64,000 nucleotides of DNA, taken from Candidatus Moraniibacteriota bacterium (GTDB taxonomy: Bacteria; Patescibacteriota; Minisyncoccia; Moranbacterales; DUUL01). The notes beneath the pieces were generated by a model. The model was not told the origin of the DNA and did not search any database. It was given only the letters and a program-made list of their open reading frames with translations. How positions within the stretch are numbered: position 1 is the first letter of the stretch; each line of letters begins with the position of its first letter. Both the position numbers and the translations under genes were made by a program. Where the stretch lies: NCBI GenBank assembly GCA_041596615.1, contig JBFHIG010000001.1, positions 77,382 to 141,381 on the forward strand, read 5' to 3'. Shown piece after piece: positions 9,154 through 16,839 of the stretch.

Positions 9154-9367
9154 CACAAAGAGAAATTCTTCGCATATGCGAGGGGTTTTTTTGTTTATAA
9201 ATATTTTGTAGTAGATTCGAACGTAAGGGGGCGTTGGGGGAAGATATTCCCCCATGGCGGAATCATTCAAACCGAGGGGTTTGAAAAGCGACGAAAGGAG
9301 CGCGTGAGATTCCCCTAGGGTCCACACAAAGAGAAATTCTTCGCATATGCGAGGGGTTTTTTTGTTT
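9140..9367 (+). repeat. tRNA-linked direct repeat: 57-bp duplication of tRNA-Ala 3' end plus terminator flanking a 114-bp structured spacer
   Basis: TCCCCTAGGGTCCACACAAAGAGAAATTCTTCGCATATGCGAGGGGTTTTTTTGTTT at 9140-9196 and 9311-9367. Confidence 0.9.
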
Positions 9368-9516
9368 GTTCTTTTTGTCTGTCTGTAGATGCTATATAAT
9401 TTCTTGACAGTATGTTATATTAATTTCCAATTCACTCCGCCAGCTGGCGGATTCAATGAATTTTCAATTAATTAATTTTCAATTCAAAAAAATTTCAAAA
9501 CAAAACATAACCAATA

Positions 9517-9547
9517 AACCGGGCTAAAAGCCCGCTCCAGCGCGAAT
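9517..9547 (+). repeat. REP-like hairpin repeat, family A (empty copy)
   Basis: AACCGGGCTAAAAGCCCGCTCCAGCGCGAAT; near-identical copy at 39881-39911. Confidence 0.8.
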
Positions 9548-9590
9548 TTTCAATAAACTAATTTTCAATTTAAGAACACTCCGAAAGCAT

Positions 9591-9692
9591 TGTCATTTCT
9601 GCGAAGGCAGGAATTCAGGCCTATGTTGTGTTTTGCAGTTTGAATTTCTGAATATTAAGAATTAACCTGGATCAATGCCTTTGCAGGGATGA
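9591..9692. repeat. Degenerate ~100-bp palindromic element (GTCATTCCCGCGAAGGCGGGAATCCAG type)
   Basis: Left arm TGTCATTTCTGCGAAGGCAGGAATTCAGG, right arm CCTGGATCAATGCCTTTGCAGGGATGA. Confidence 0.65.
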
Positions 9693-9723
9693 AGCAAAAG
9701 AGCTAATCTCCAAGTCCCAATGG

Positions 9724-9755
9724 ATTTTTGTGCTGGAGCGGATTTGTGACCCGGG
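9724..9755 (-). repeat. REP-like hairpin repeat, family A (inverted copy)
   Basis: Reverse complement CCCGGGTCACAAATCCGCTCCAGCACAAAAAT. Confidence 0.7.
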
Positions 9756-9808
9756 CCCATATTTTGAATCAACATCATTTTGTTATTACCGTTTTTTAAG
9801 AGAAACGG

Positions 9809-9850
9809 CCTGAGTTACTCGCCTGAACCATTACGGGTAGGCAAACTCGG
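9809..9850 (+). mobile_element. REP-like hairpin carrying a 24-bp inserted mini-element (9818-9841)
   Basis: CCTGAGTTA[CTCGCCTGAACCATTACGGGTAGG]CAAACTCGG; insert 20/24 identical to 50332-50355. Confidence 0.65.
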
Positions 9851-9984
9851 ATTGATGCTATTTGATTGACTTATCATATTATTCTTGCTTATATTAAACT
9901 AGCTCTTTTAGATATTTCAAGGCAATAACGCCTTTGTTATTAATATAAAACCAAAATCTCAATCAACCACAGGAGGAAGGATAG

Positions 9985-11127
9985 ATGAATAACAACAAAT
10001 ACAAACAGGATGGAGTAGACATTGAGGCAGGAGATGTTTTTTCTAGATATTGCAATGAAATAAACAAGAGCACATACGGCCTATCTCCCTATGTCAGGAT
10101 TGCAGATCTTTCCCGCGGAAACTTTAGGGGACCAAAAGGTTTCACTTTCGAAAATTTACCAGAAGGGTTTGTTCAAACTGCGGCAATGGATGGCATCGGT
10201 ACTAAAGTTGTTATTATAATCGCTTCAGGAAAAGTTGTGACCTCGGCCAGTAATGTGATCGCAATGACAGCTATGGATGTTACTCGTTGGGGCGGTCTTC
10301 CGTTACTTTTCATCAATATTTTTGATGCCAGAACTATTGGGGAAGTTGGTAGCGAAACGTTTGGCCTTTGTCAGGAAGTAATGGTTGGCCTCAAAGCTAT
10401 TGCTCACGAGCATAAATACGTCCTTTTTACAGGAGAAACTGCCGAGCTTGGTCTTTGTGTGGGTTCTGAAAACCCTAATGCAGAGTTGATGTTCAACTGG
10501 GGCGGGGCAATGATCGGAGTATATCATCCAGACAAGATGATATTAGGTGATACACTTGCTCCAGGCCAGGTCATTATCGCTTTGAGAGATGATTTCCGCA
10601 GTAATGGCATAAGCTCAGTTAGAAAAGCTTTGGCCATAAAGTACGGACCAAAATGGTGGGACAATCCCGAATCGCTTAAGGATGTAATTGCTTGTGCTTC
10701 ACCCTCCGCACAATACGATAGACTGCTCAACACAGCTCATGGGTGGTTTAATGATGACCCCTTACAGGCTCTGATCAAAATGCATGTGGGAGTGCATCTT
10801 TCAGGAGGTGCATTTGAGTCAAAACTGGGTGATGATATGCTCAAGCCACTGAATCTGTCGGCTGAGCTTGACGATTTGTTTGAGCCACCAGAAATAATGA
10901 AAAAATGTGCCCAGTGGAGAGGGATGAGTCCGCGAGAATGCTATAAGACTTGGAATGGTGGACAAGGTGCAATTGTGGTTGTCGATGAGAGCGAGGCAGA
11001 ATCATTTTTGGCTCTCGCGAAAGATTTCAAAATAGATGCCAAGCGAGTCGGCAGAATCACTGAAAGAGAGGAATACACTGTGCTCATCAAATCAAAGTTT
11101 GGCGATGAATCATTGTTGTCATATTGA
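9985..11127 (+). CDS. purM: Phosphoribosylformylglycinamidine cyclo-ligase (AIR synthase), divergent
   Basis: YKQDGVDIEAG, DGIGTK, GETAEL, RSNG, HLSGG, TWNGGQG motifs; AGGAGG RBS. Confidence 0.85.
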   Translation: MNNNKYKQDGVDIEAGDVFSRYCNEINKSTYGLSPYVRIADLSRGNFRGPKGFTFENLPEGFVQTAAMDGIGTKVVIIIASGKVVTSASNVIAMTAMDVTRWGGLPLLFINIFDARTIGEVGSETFGLCQEVMVGLKAIAHEHKYVLFTGETAELGLCVGSENPNAELMFNWGGAMIGVYHPDKMILGDTLAPGQVIIALRDDFRSNGISSVRKALAIKYGPKWWDNPESLKDVIACASPSAQYDRLLNTAHGWFNDDPLQALIKMHVGVHLSGGAFESKLGDDMLKPLNLSAELDDLFEPPEIMKKCAQWRGMSPRECYKTWNGGQGAIVVVDESEAESFLALAKDFKIDAKRVGRITEREEYTVLIKSKFGDESLLSY

Positions 11128-11150
11128 TAATTTTGTTACAAACTCGCAGT

Positions 11151-11187
11151 AAGTGACTATTGGAATAATTCTGATAGTCACTTTTTT
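11151..11187 (+). terminator. Intrinsic terminator after purM
   Basis: AAGTGACTATTGGAA...TTCTGATAGTCACTTTTTT. Confidence 0.75.
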
Positions 11188-11294
11188 ATTTTATAAACTC
11201 GGTCCCGACTTCCTCCAAAGCCCGGAGATTTTTTGTTTTTTTGCCTAAGTTTGTTAAGATAAATTTAAGTTTTTAATTTTTATTTACCCTACAA

Positions 11295-11891
11295 ATGACA
11301 AAATATATTTTAAATTCAGGTGGTGCTAAAAAGTATCCCAAAAAAGAATTGGCTTTTTTAAATGAAATTCTCGCTGGCTTTGATGGTGAAGTCAGGATTC
11401 TTTATTGTTTTTTCGCACAACCAAGAGAGAATTGGGAGGTAAAATTTGAAGGATATAGCAATAGATTTTCTTCTTTGACCGGTAAAGAAAATGAATTGAT
11501 ATTTGATTTAGCGTTTCCAGCAACTTTTGAAAAACAGGTAGAGAAAAATGATATTATCATTATTCAAGGAGGAGATGACTATTTATTGCGATTTTGGTTT
11601 GATCAATTTGATGTTGAAAAGATTTTCGAAGGAAAAGTTGTGGCTACGAGCTCCGCAGGCTCAAGTATTTTAGCAACCTCTTCCTGGACTTGTGATTGGA
11701 GAGACTGCTTGGATGGTCTTGGAATCTTGCCAATTAAATTTATCCCTCATTTCAAGGGAACCTATGGTGATGATGACCCAAGGGGTCCGATTGATTGGAA
11801 AAACGCGAAAAAAGAGTTGGAAGAACATGGAGATAAGTCACTTCCGATTCATGCGCCAGATGAAGGGGATTTCATTGTAATCGAAAAGTAA
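11295..11891 (+). CDS. Peptidase S51 / type 1 glutamine amidotransferase-like protein
   Basis: LNSGG, IIIQGGD, SSAGS nucleophile motif, GLGILP..FIPH. Confidence 0.8.
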   Translation: MTKYILNSGGAKKYPKKELAFLNEILAGFDGEVRILYCFFAQPRENWEVKFEGYSNRFSSLTGKENELIFDLAFPATFEKQVEKNDIIIIQGGDDYLLRFWFDQFDVEKIFEGKVVATSSAGSSILATSSWTCDWRDCLDGLGILPIKFIPHFKGTYGDDDPRGPIDWKNAKKELEEHGDKSLPIHAPDEGDFIVIEK

Positions 11892-11900
11892 CTCAAAATA

Positions 11901-12120
11901 AACCACCCCATGCCTTCTCCTTAGGAGGGAGATGGCGACACAAGGCCTTTGGTTTTATTACTCATCTTAGTTCAAGGTGAGGTTAGGAGGGGTTAGGGTT
12001 CTTGGAGACTTAGAATTACGCAAACGTAGCAACCCACCCCAACCCTCCCTCAAGCTAAGGGAGGGGAAAGCTACACACTATCCCAATCGCCCGTCTCGTT
12101 TTGGCTTGTCAAGGAGGAAT
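11901..12120. repeat. Cluster of degenerate CCCTCCC...AAGGGAGGGG palindromic repeats (family D) with a truncated internal mini-element
   Basis: ACCCCATGCCTTCTCCTTAGGAGGGAG; AAGGTGAGGTTAGGAGGGGTT; CCCACCCCAACCCTCCCTCAAGCTAAGGGAGGGG; CCCGTCTCGTTTTGGCTTGTCAAGG. Confidence 0.6.
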
Positions 12121-12125
12121 AAAAT

Positions 12126-12151
12126 AAAAGGTACCTTTAAAGGTACCTTTT
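12126..12151. repeat. 26-bp palindrome of two tandem AAAGGTACCTTT units
   Basis: AAAAGGTACCTTTAAAGGTACCTTTT; identical copy at 30768-30793. Confidence 0.9.
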
Positions 12152-12216
12152 CATTTCCTTGAAAAGAAACCATTTTCGGGTTAGACTCTAAGTTATTAAA
12201 TTTAAACTTCAGTTTT

Positions 12217-13494
12217 GTGAAAAAATTTGTTATAAAAACTTTAGGTTGCAAGGTTAATCAATATGATTCTTTGGCGCTAAGAAAATTACTTCTAAACGCT
12301 GGTTTTGAGCACTCTTTTCAAGATTCTGATGAAATTGAGCTTGCGATTGTAAATTCTTGTGCCGTGACCAAGACTTCAATCGCCAAGGGCAGAAGAATGT
12401 TCGCTGCAATAAAAAGAGAAAATCCGAATGCCAAAACAGTGCTTTTGGGTTGTTGGGCGAAAATATATCCCGAGGAAATGAAAAAAGCAAAAGCTGATTT
12501 GATTTGGGAAGTTGGTAGTCATGTTAAGCTTGTCGATGAGATCAAAGAACTTTTTGGAAGTTCTAAAAAGTTTCTTTTGGACAAGGAAGATAGGAAAATA
12601 AATACTTTGAAAATACTTCCTCCGGGGGAGGGTGAGAGGTCTCGTTATTTTTTGAAAATCCAGGATGGATGTGAACAATTTTGTTCCTACTGCATTATTC
12701 CATATTCCAGAGGCAAACTATCGTCTAGACCAAAAAAAGAGGTTCTGGATGAAATTAGGGTGGCTATAGGGGCTGGTTATAAGGAGGTTGTGCTGTGTGG
12801 AATTCACCTTGGGCTTTATGGAAAAGAAAAAGATTCCTCAACTTGTAATCTTAAGGATTTGTTAGCGGAAGTTATTAAGATAAAAGGTTTGGGCAGAGTA
12901 CGACTCAGTTCAATTGAGATAGATGATGTCAGCGATGAACTCTTAGCTCTTATAGCGAAGAGTGATAAAATCTGCCGACATTTGCATTTTCCATTGCAAG
13001 CCGGAAATGACAAGCTATTAGAAGCTATGAATCGGCCATACAGGACAAACTATTTTAAAAAAAGAGTAGAGAAGGCTAGGGAATTAATGCCCAATTTAGC
13101 AATAACCACAGATGTAATTGTTGGTTTTCCTGGAGAAAAATCAAAAGATTTTGAAGACACAGTAAATTTTTGTAAGGAGATTAATTTTAGCAAAATACAT
13201 GTTTTTCAGTTTTCTGCTCATGAAAAAACCCCAGCATTTAAAATGAAAGATCAGGTGGAAAATGGAGATAAAAAGAAACGGGCTCAAAAACTCAGAAATG
13301 TTTCAGTTAGGTTGGAGAATGAATATCTGAATAAATTTATAGGACAAGAACTCTTAGTTGTAATTGAGGGAGGTAGAAAAAATCAAGTCATAGGAAAGAC
13401 CCAGTTTCATTTTGATATAGTTAAAGAAAAGAATCTTTTAGAAAAATCAAACTACCCAAAAGTTGGGCAGTTTAGTAGGTTGATAAAATCATAG
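12217..13494 (+). CDS. mtaB: tRNA t6A37 methylthiotransferase MtaB (radical SAM)
   Basis: TLGCKVNQYDS, NSCAVT, KIQDGCEQFCSYCIIP, RVRLSSIE, HLHFPLQAG. Confidence 0.9.
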   Translation: MKKFVIKTLGCKVNQYDSLALRKLLLNAGFEHSFQDSDEIELAIVNSCAVTKTSIAKGRRMFAAIKRENPNAKTVLLGCWAKIYPEEMKKAKADLIWEVGSHVKLVDEIKELFGSSKKFLLDKEDRKINTLKILPPGEGERSRYFLKIQDGCEQFCSYCIIPYSRGKLSSRPKKEVLDEIRVAIGAGYKEVVLCGIHLGLYGKEKDSSTCNLKDLLAEVIKIKGLGRVRLSSIEIDDVSDELLALIAKSDKICRHLHFPLQAGNDKLLEAMNRPYRTNYFKKRVEKARELMPNLAITTDVIVGFPGEKSKDFEDTVNFCKEINFSKIHVFQFSAHEKTPAFKMKDQVENGDKKKRAQKLRNVSVRLENEYLNKFIGQELLVVIEGGRKNQVIGKTQFHFDIVKEKNLLEKSNYPKVGQFSRLIKS

Positions 13495-13505
13495 AAGAAA
13501 TATAA

Positions 13506-14114
13506 TCAAAAAGTCAAAAGAAGTGGAGTGATAAAAGTCTCTATTATTGAGGCAACAAGTAATAATGGCGTAACTACAAAAAGCATTATTTTGAGCGCAA
13601 AGAAGAGGTCTTGTTTGAATTTTCTTCGTGGTTTTTTGAAAAATAGCAAAAACTGTTTAGAAAGATAGAGGGACAAGGAAGTCGCGATTAGAAATGCTGG
13701 TATTTCAAAAATTCCATGAGGGATAATAGCAAGAAAAACCTCACTGGCGCTGAGTTTGGTGATTGAATAAGCGACTATAACTCCGACAGCCAATCCATTG
13801 GATGAAAGTGTTAAAATCGGAGCAATCCCCAAAAGAAAAAAAAGGGCCACAACCATAAGAGAGATGGAAAGGTTGTGAATGAAAATATAGAACCACAAAG
13901 TCGAGCTACTTTTTTCCGATAACCCAACGAAATTTTCAGCCATTTGAGCAACAAACTCCTCGGTCCAATCGATATTTGATTGTGCAACAAAGAACCCAAT
14001 TCCAAGAGTGACAAAGAATAGCAAAAAAACAAAAATAAATTTCCCAAACAAAACTTTCATCGAAAAGAGTAGTTTTTTGTAGGACTCGAAGGTTTTGGTT
14101 GCCGATAGCTTCAT
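13506..14114 (-). CDS. SpoIIM-family membrane protein
   Basis: IFIHN, NG, IIPHGIFEIPA, ASIIETFITP. Confidence 0.88.
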   Translation of the reverse strand: MKLSATKTFESYKKLLFSMKVLFGKFIFVFLLFFVTLGIGFFVAQSNIDWTEEFVAQMAENFVGLSEKSSSTLWFYIFIHNLSISLMVVALFFLLGIAPILTLSSNGLAVGVIVAYSITKLSASEVFLAIIPHGIFEIPAFLIATSLSLYLSKQFLLFFKKPRRKFKQDLFFALKIMLFVVTPLLLVASIIETFITPLLLTF

Positions 14115-14346
14115 TTTTTACTTTATTATTTCCTTATTGCCAACTTACTAGATTCTTTTATTGTAGTATAGTTTGACTTTAGTCACAAACACCCCGGCTT
14201 CTTTTTTGGCTTAATCGGGTTTTTATTTAGATTTCTTTTGTGGTATAGTGTTTATAATGTTTGGAAAAAAGACGAATATTTTATGCGAACAAAAAACTTG
14301 CATAAAAACAAATTAGGTAAAATTCGGCTATTAACATAAAAAACTA

Positions 14347-14667
14347 ATGCTTATAAAAAAACAGGAAACAAATCAAAAAATAGTTGGTCCAATGAAAATC
14401 AACGAATATAAAATAAATCCCAACTTTAGTGGAGCTCTAATCGAAATCGATGGAGATCACGGCAAACTGAAATGTGTAAATGAAGATAGAGTCTATTTCA
14501 TCATCGACGGTACTGGTAAATTTGTGATTGAAGAAAAGGTTCTGGAGATAGAAGCAAATGACGTTGTTTTTGTTCCGAAGAATACGGTCTATAACTTCAT
14601 CGGTAAATTCAAGTTTTTCTTGATTTGTTCCCCAGAGTTCAATCCTGATGATGACGTATTTATATAA
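14347..14667 (+). CDS. Cupin domain protein
   Basis: RVYFIIDGTGKF, ANDVVFVPKN, ICSPEF. Confidence 0.8.
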   Translation: MLIKKQETNQKIVGPMKINEYKINPNFSGALIEIDGDHGKLKCVNEDRVYFIIDGTGKFVIEEKVLEIEANDVVFVPKNTVYNFIGKFKFFLICSPEFNPDDDVFI

Positions 14668-14800
14668 TCCCGCCTAGTTAAAATTACAAACGATTTCATC
14701 TTATATAAATATATTCGATAATTTCTTTCCCATATATTGTATTTCTGTTATAATTTTAATACATATTCTGCTAAAATAAAAATAAAAAAATACTAAAAAA

Positions 14801-15241
14801 ATGAATAGGACTGTAAAAAATAAACTCTCCAAAAAAGAATTAGATTTGATTAAGGAAAGAAGAGTCTATGGTAGGGGCTATGCAAAAAGAACTATGAGTC
14901 AAAAATTTGCAGATATGGCATCCAATACGTTGGGAAGTTGGTATTATATTTTTTTTCAAACATTCTTCATTATCATTTGGATAGCCCTTAATATAGCGGG
15001 GTGGGTTTATAAATGGGATGCATATCCTTTTATTTTTTTGAATCTTACCCTTAGTGTGATGGCTGCTTATACAGCTCCTATAATCTTGATGAGTCAGAAC
15101 AGAGAGGCTGATCGTGATAGAAAAAGAGCAATTATAGATTTAGCAACAGACAGAAGTTCCGAGAGAAAAATAAAAGAAGTGCAAAAAATACTTGTCCGCT
15201 TGGAAAGAAAAGTCAACACCATACTCAAGGCAGATAAATAA
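14801..15241 (+). CDS. DUF1003 family membrane protein
   Basis: GSW, WDAYPFIFLNLTLS, APIILMSQNR. Confidence 0.9.
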   Translation: MNRTVKNKLSKKELDLIKERRVYGRGYAKRTMSQKFADMASNTLGSWYYIFFQTFFIIIWIALNIAGWVYKWDAYPFIFLNLTLSVMAAYTAPIILMSQNREADRDRKRAIIDLATDRSSERKIKEVQKILVRLERKVNTILKADK

Positions 15242-15251
15242 AGATTAAGAG

Positions 15252-15307
15252 TTGACAATTGCAGTATAGTTGGTAGAATTTTAGCAGTCGAGAAGGTAGT
15301 TTGCTAG
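15252..15307 (+). promoter_or_regulatory. Sigma70 promoter followed by a degenerate CIRCE (HrcA operator)
   Basis: TTGACA-16-TAGAAT; TTAGCAGTC-N9-GTTTGCTAG at 15281-15307 vs consensus TTAGCACTC-N9-GAGTGCTAA; directly upstream of groES. Confidence 0.7.
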
Positions 15308-15331
15308 ATAAACAAATAAAAGTGAAAAAAT

Positions 15332-15613
15332 ATGAAAAAAATAACGCCAATTGGTAGTAATGTTGTAGTTAAGTTGCCAAAAGTTGAGGAAATTAGTAAA
15401 GGAGGAATTGTTCTCCCAGAAACAGCCTCAAAGGAGAAATCACAAGTTGGGATAGTTGTCGCAGTTGGTGAAAGTGAGAAAATAAATGAGCAAATCAAGA
15501 AAGGTATTTCAGTTCTTTATGAAAAATACAGCGGAACTGAAATTGAAATCGATGGCGAAAAGTTTGTGATTTTGGATGCAGCTAAGAATATGATTCTAGG
15601 AATTGTTGAGTAG
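15332..15613 (+). CDS. groES: Co-chaperonin GroES
   Basis: PIGSNVVV, SKGGIVLPETASKEK, VVAVG, VLYEKYSGTEI. Confidence 0.93.
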   Translation: MKKITPIGSNVVVKLPKVEEISKGGIVLPETASKEKSQVGIVVAVGESEKINEQIKKGISVLYEKYSGTEIEIDGEKFVILDAAKNMILGIVE

Positions 15614-15650
15614 TTCATGTAAATAGAATTTTTTGAAAAATTCAAAAAGA

Positions 15651-15678
15651 GGCTCGTAACTTTTGTTGCGAGTTTTTT
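15651..15678 (+). terminator. Intrinsic terminator after groES
   Basis: GGCTCGTAAC-TTTT-GTTGCGAGTTTTTT. Confidence 0.7.
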
Positions 15679-15748
15679 ATTTGCCACAAAGTAAGAAATA
15701 TCGTAAAATATAAGTAAGTCTAAAATAAGAACTCCATAAAAACAAAAA

Positions 15749-16813
15749 ATGAAAACAAAAAAAGCGATAGCAATTGTCTTTGCCTTCTGTTTGCCAGTTA
15801 TTTTTTCTGGCTGCGGAATTCAACAAAAAGCTCCAGACACAAGAGGTGGAGTTTACAGAAGTGATAATGCGGCTTTGAATTTTGAGCAAAAAGCAAACTT
15901 AGCAGGAGGCGGAACGTTGGGTACTGCAAATATTTTATCCTTCACCATGGACCCAAGAAATTCAAAAGTTCTATATATCGGGACACCAGGTGGAATTTAT
16001 CGAAGTGAGGATCAGGGAGAAAATTGGGTGAAAGATTCTAATAATTTTCAAAACGTCAGAGATGTTGAAATAAACCCAAACGATACCAATGAAATATATG
16101 TTCCTGCAACAGTAAATGGGGTTGGGAAGATAATGAAAACTGTTAACGGGGGGAAAGATTGGGAAGAAGTTTTTACGCAAAGAACGCAAGAGGGCTCAGT
16201 TTTTAATATTGCACTAAACCCAAGAAGGCCACAGGAGTTATTCGCTGGGGATTCTGGAGGAGCTTTATACAAAACATCTGATGCGGGTGCAACATGGAAA
16301 ACTGTTCTTTGGGAAAAAAGCGGGATTAATTTAATTAAATTTGATAGTGTTAATACAGATAAATTATATTTTGTAACAACAACGACAGGAGCAAAAAGAT
16401 CAGATGACGGAGGAGCAACTTTCAGTCCTATATCAAGCAAAGGAACAATTTATAATTTAATTCCACATCCATATAAAGAAGGGGTTGTTTTTCTAAGTGA
16501 TAACAATGGTTTGCACAGGAGTGTTGATGGAGGAGCAACATTAGAAGCAATCAATACCTTGGTGCGCCCAGAGGCAATTTCTTCAAAGGGGATTGCAATT
16601 GATCCTAGAAATGATAAAATAATATACTTCGTATCAGGAGGTGCAATTTATAAAACTGAAAATAGCGGAGAAAGCTGGAAACCCATCCAATTTTCAGTCC
16701 CCTCGAGGAAGATTGAAATGATCATAGTGGATCCAGATGATACCAATAAAATCTATATTGGAACGAAACAACTGACTCAAAACAGTGGCTTAGGCGGGCT
16801 GTTTCCATTCTAA
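15749..16813 (+). CDS. Putative lipoprotein, BNR/Asp-box beta-propeller (YCF48/sortilin-like)
   Basis: Lipobox-like IFSGC; repeated (S/T)xDxGxxW/F Asp-boxes. Confidence 0.85.
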   Translation: MKTKKAIAIVFAFCLPVIFSGCGIQQKAPDTRGGVYRSDNAALNFEQKANLAGGGTLGTANILSFTMDPRNSKVLYIGTPGGIYRSEDQGENWVKDSNNFQNVRDVEINPNDTNEIYVPATVNGVGKIMKTVNGGKDWEEVFTQRTQEGSVFNIALNPRRPQELFAGDSGGALYKTSDAGATWKTVLWEKSGINLIKFDSVNTDKLYFVTTTTGAKRSDDGGATFSPISSKGTIYNLIPHPYKEGVVFLSDNNGLHRSVDGGATLEAINTLVRPEAISSKGIAIDPRNDKIIYFVSGGAIYKTENSGESWKPIQFSVPSRKIEMIIVDPDDTNKIYIGTKQLTQNSGLGGLFPF

Positions 16814-16839
16814 GAAAACCTAAATATTAAAAGAAGATA

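Noticed and set aside
9127-9327. 66-aa minus-strand ORF with repeated WTLG
   Set aside because: Artefact of the tRNA 3'-end duplication; overlaps tRNA-Ala
9140-9850. Repeat cluster as a CRISPR array
   Set aside because: No run of three or more regularly spaced identical repeats with unique spacers; no cas genes in the window
9902-9912. boxA-like GCTCTTTTA/GTTCTTTA/GTTCATTAAAA motifs just downstream of several promoters
   Set aside because: Short, degenerate and expected by chance in AT-rich DNA; would need a genome-wide enrichment test
9896-9984. Purine, ZTP or PRPP riboswitch before purM
   Set aside because: Leader is short and lacks the consensus motifs I can recognise
11977-12162. 61-aa ORF
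   Set aside because: Translation of palindromic repeat DNA; no RBS or recognisable domain
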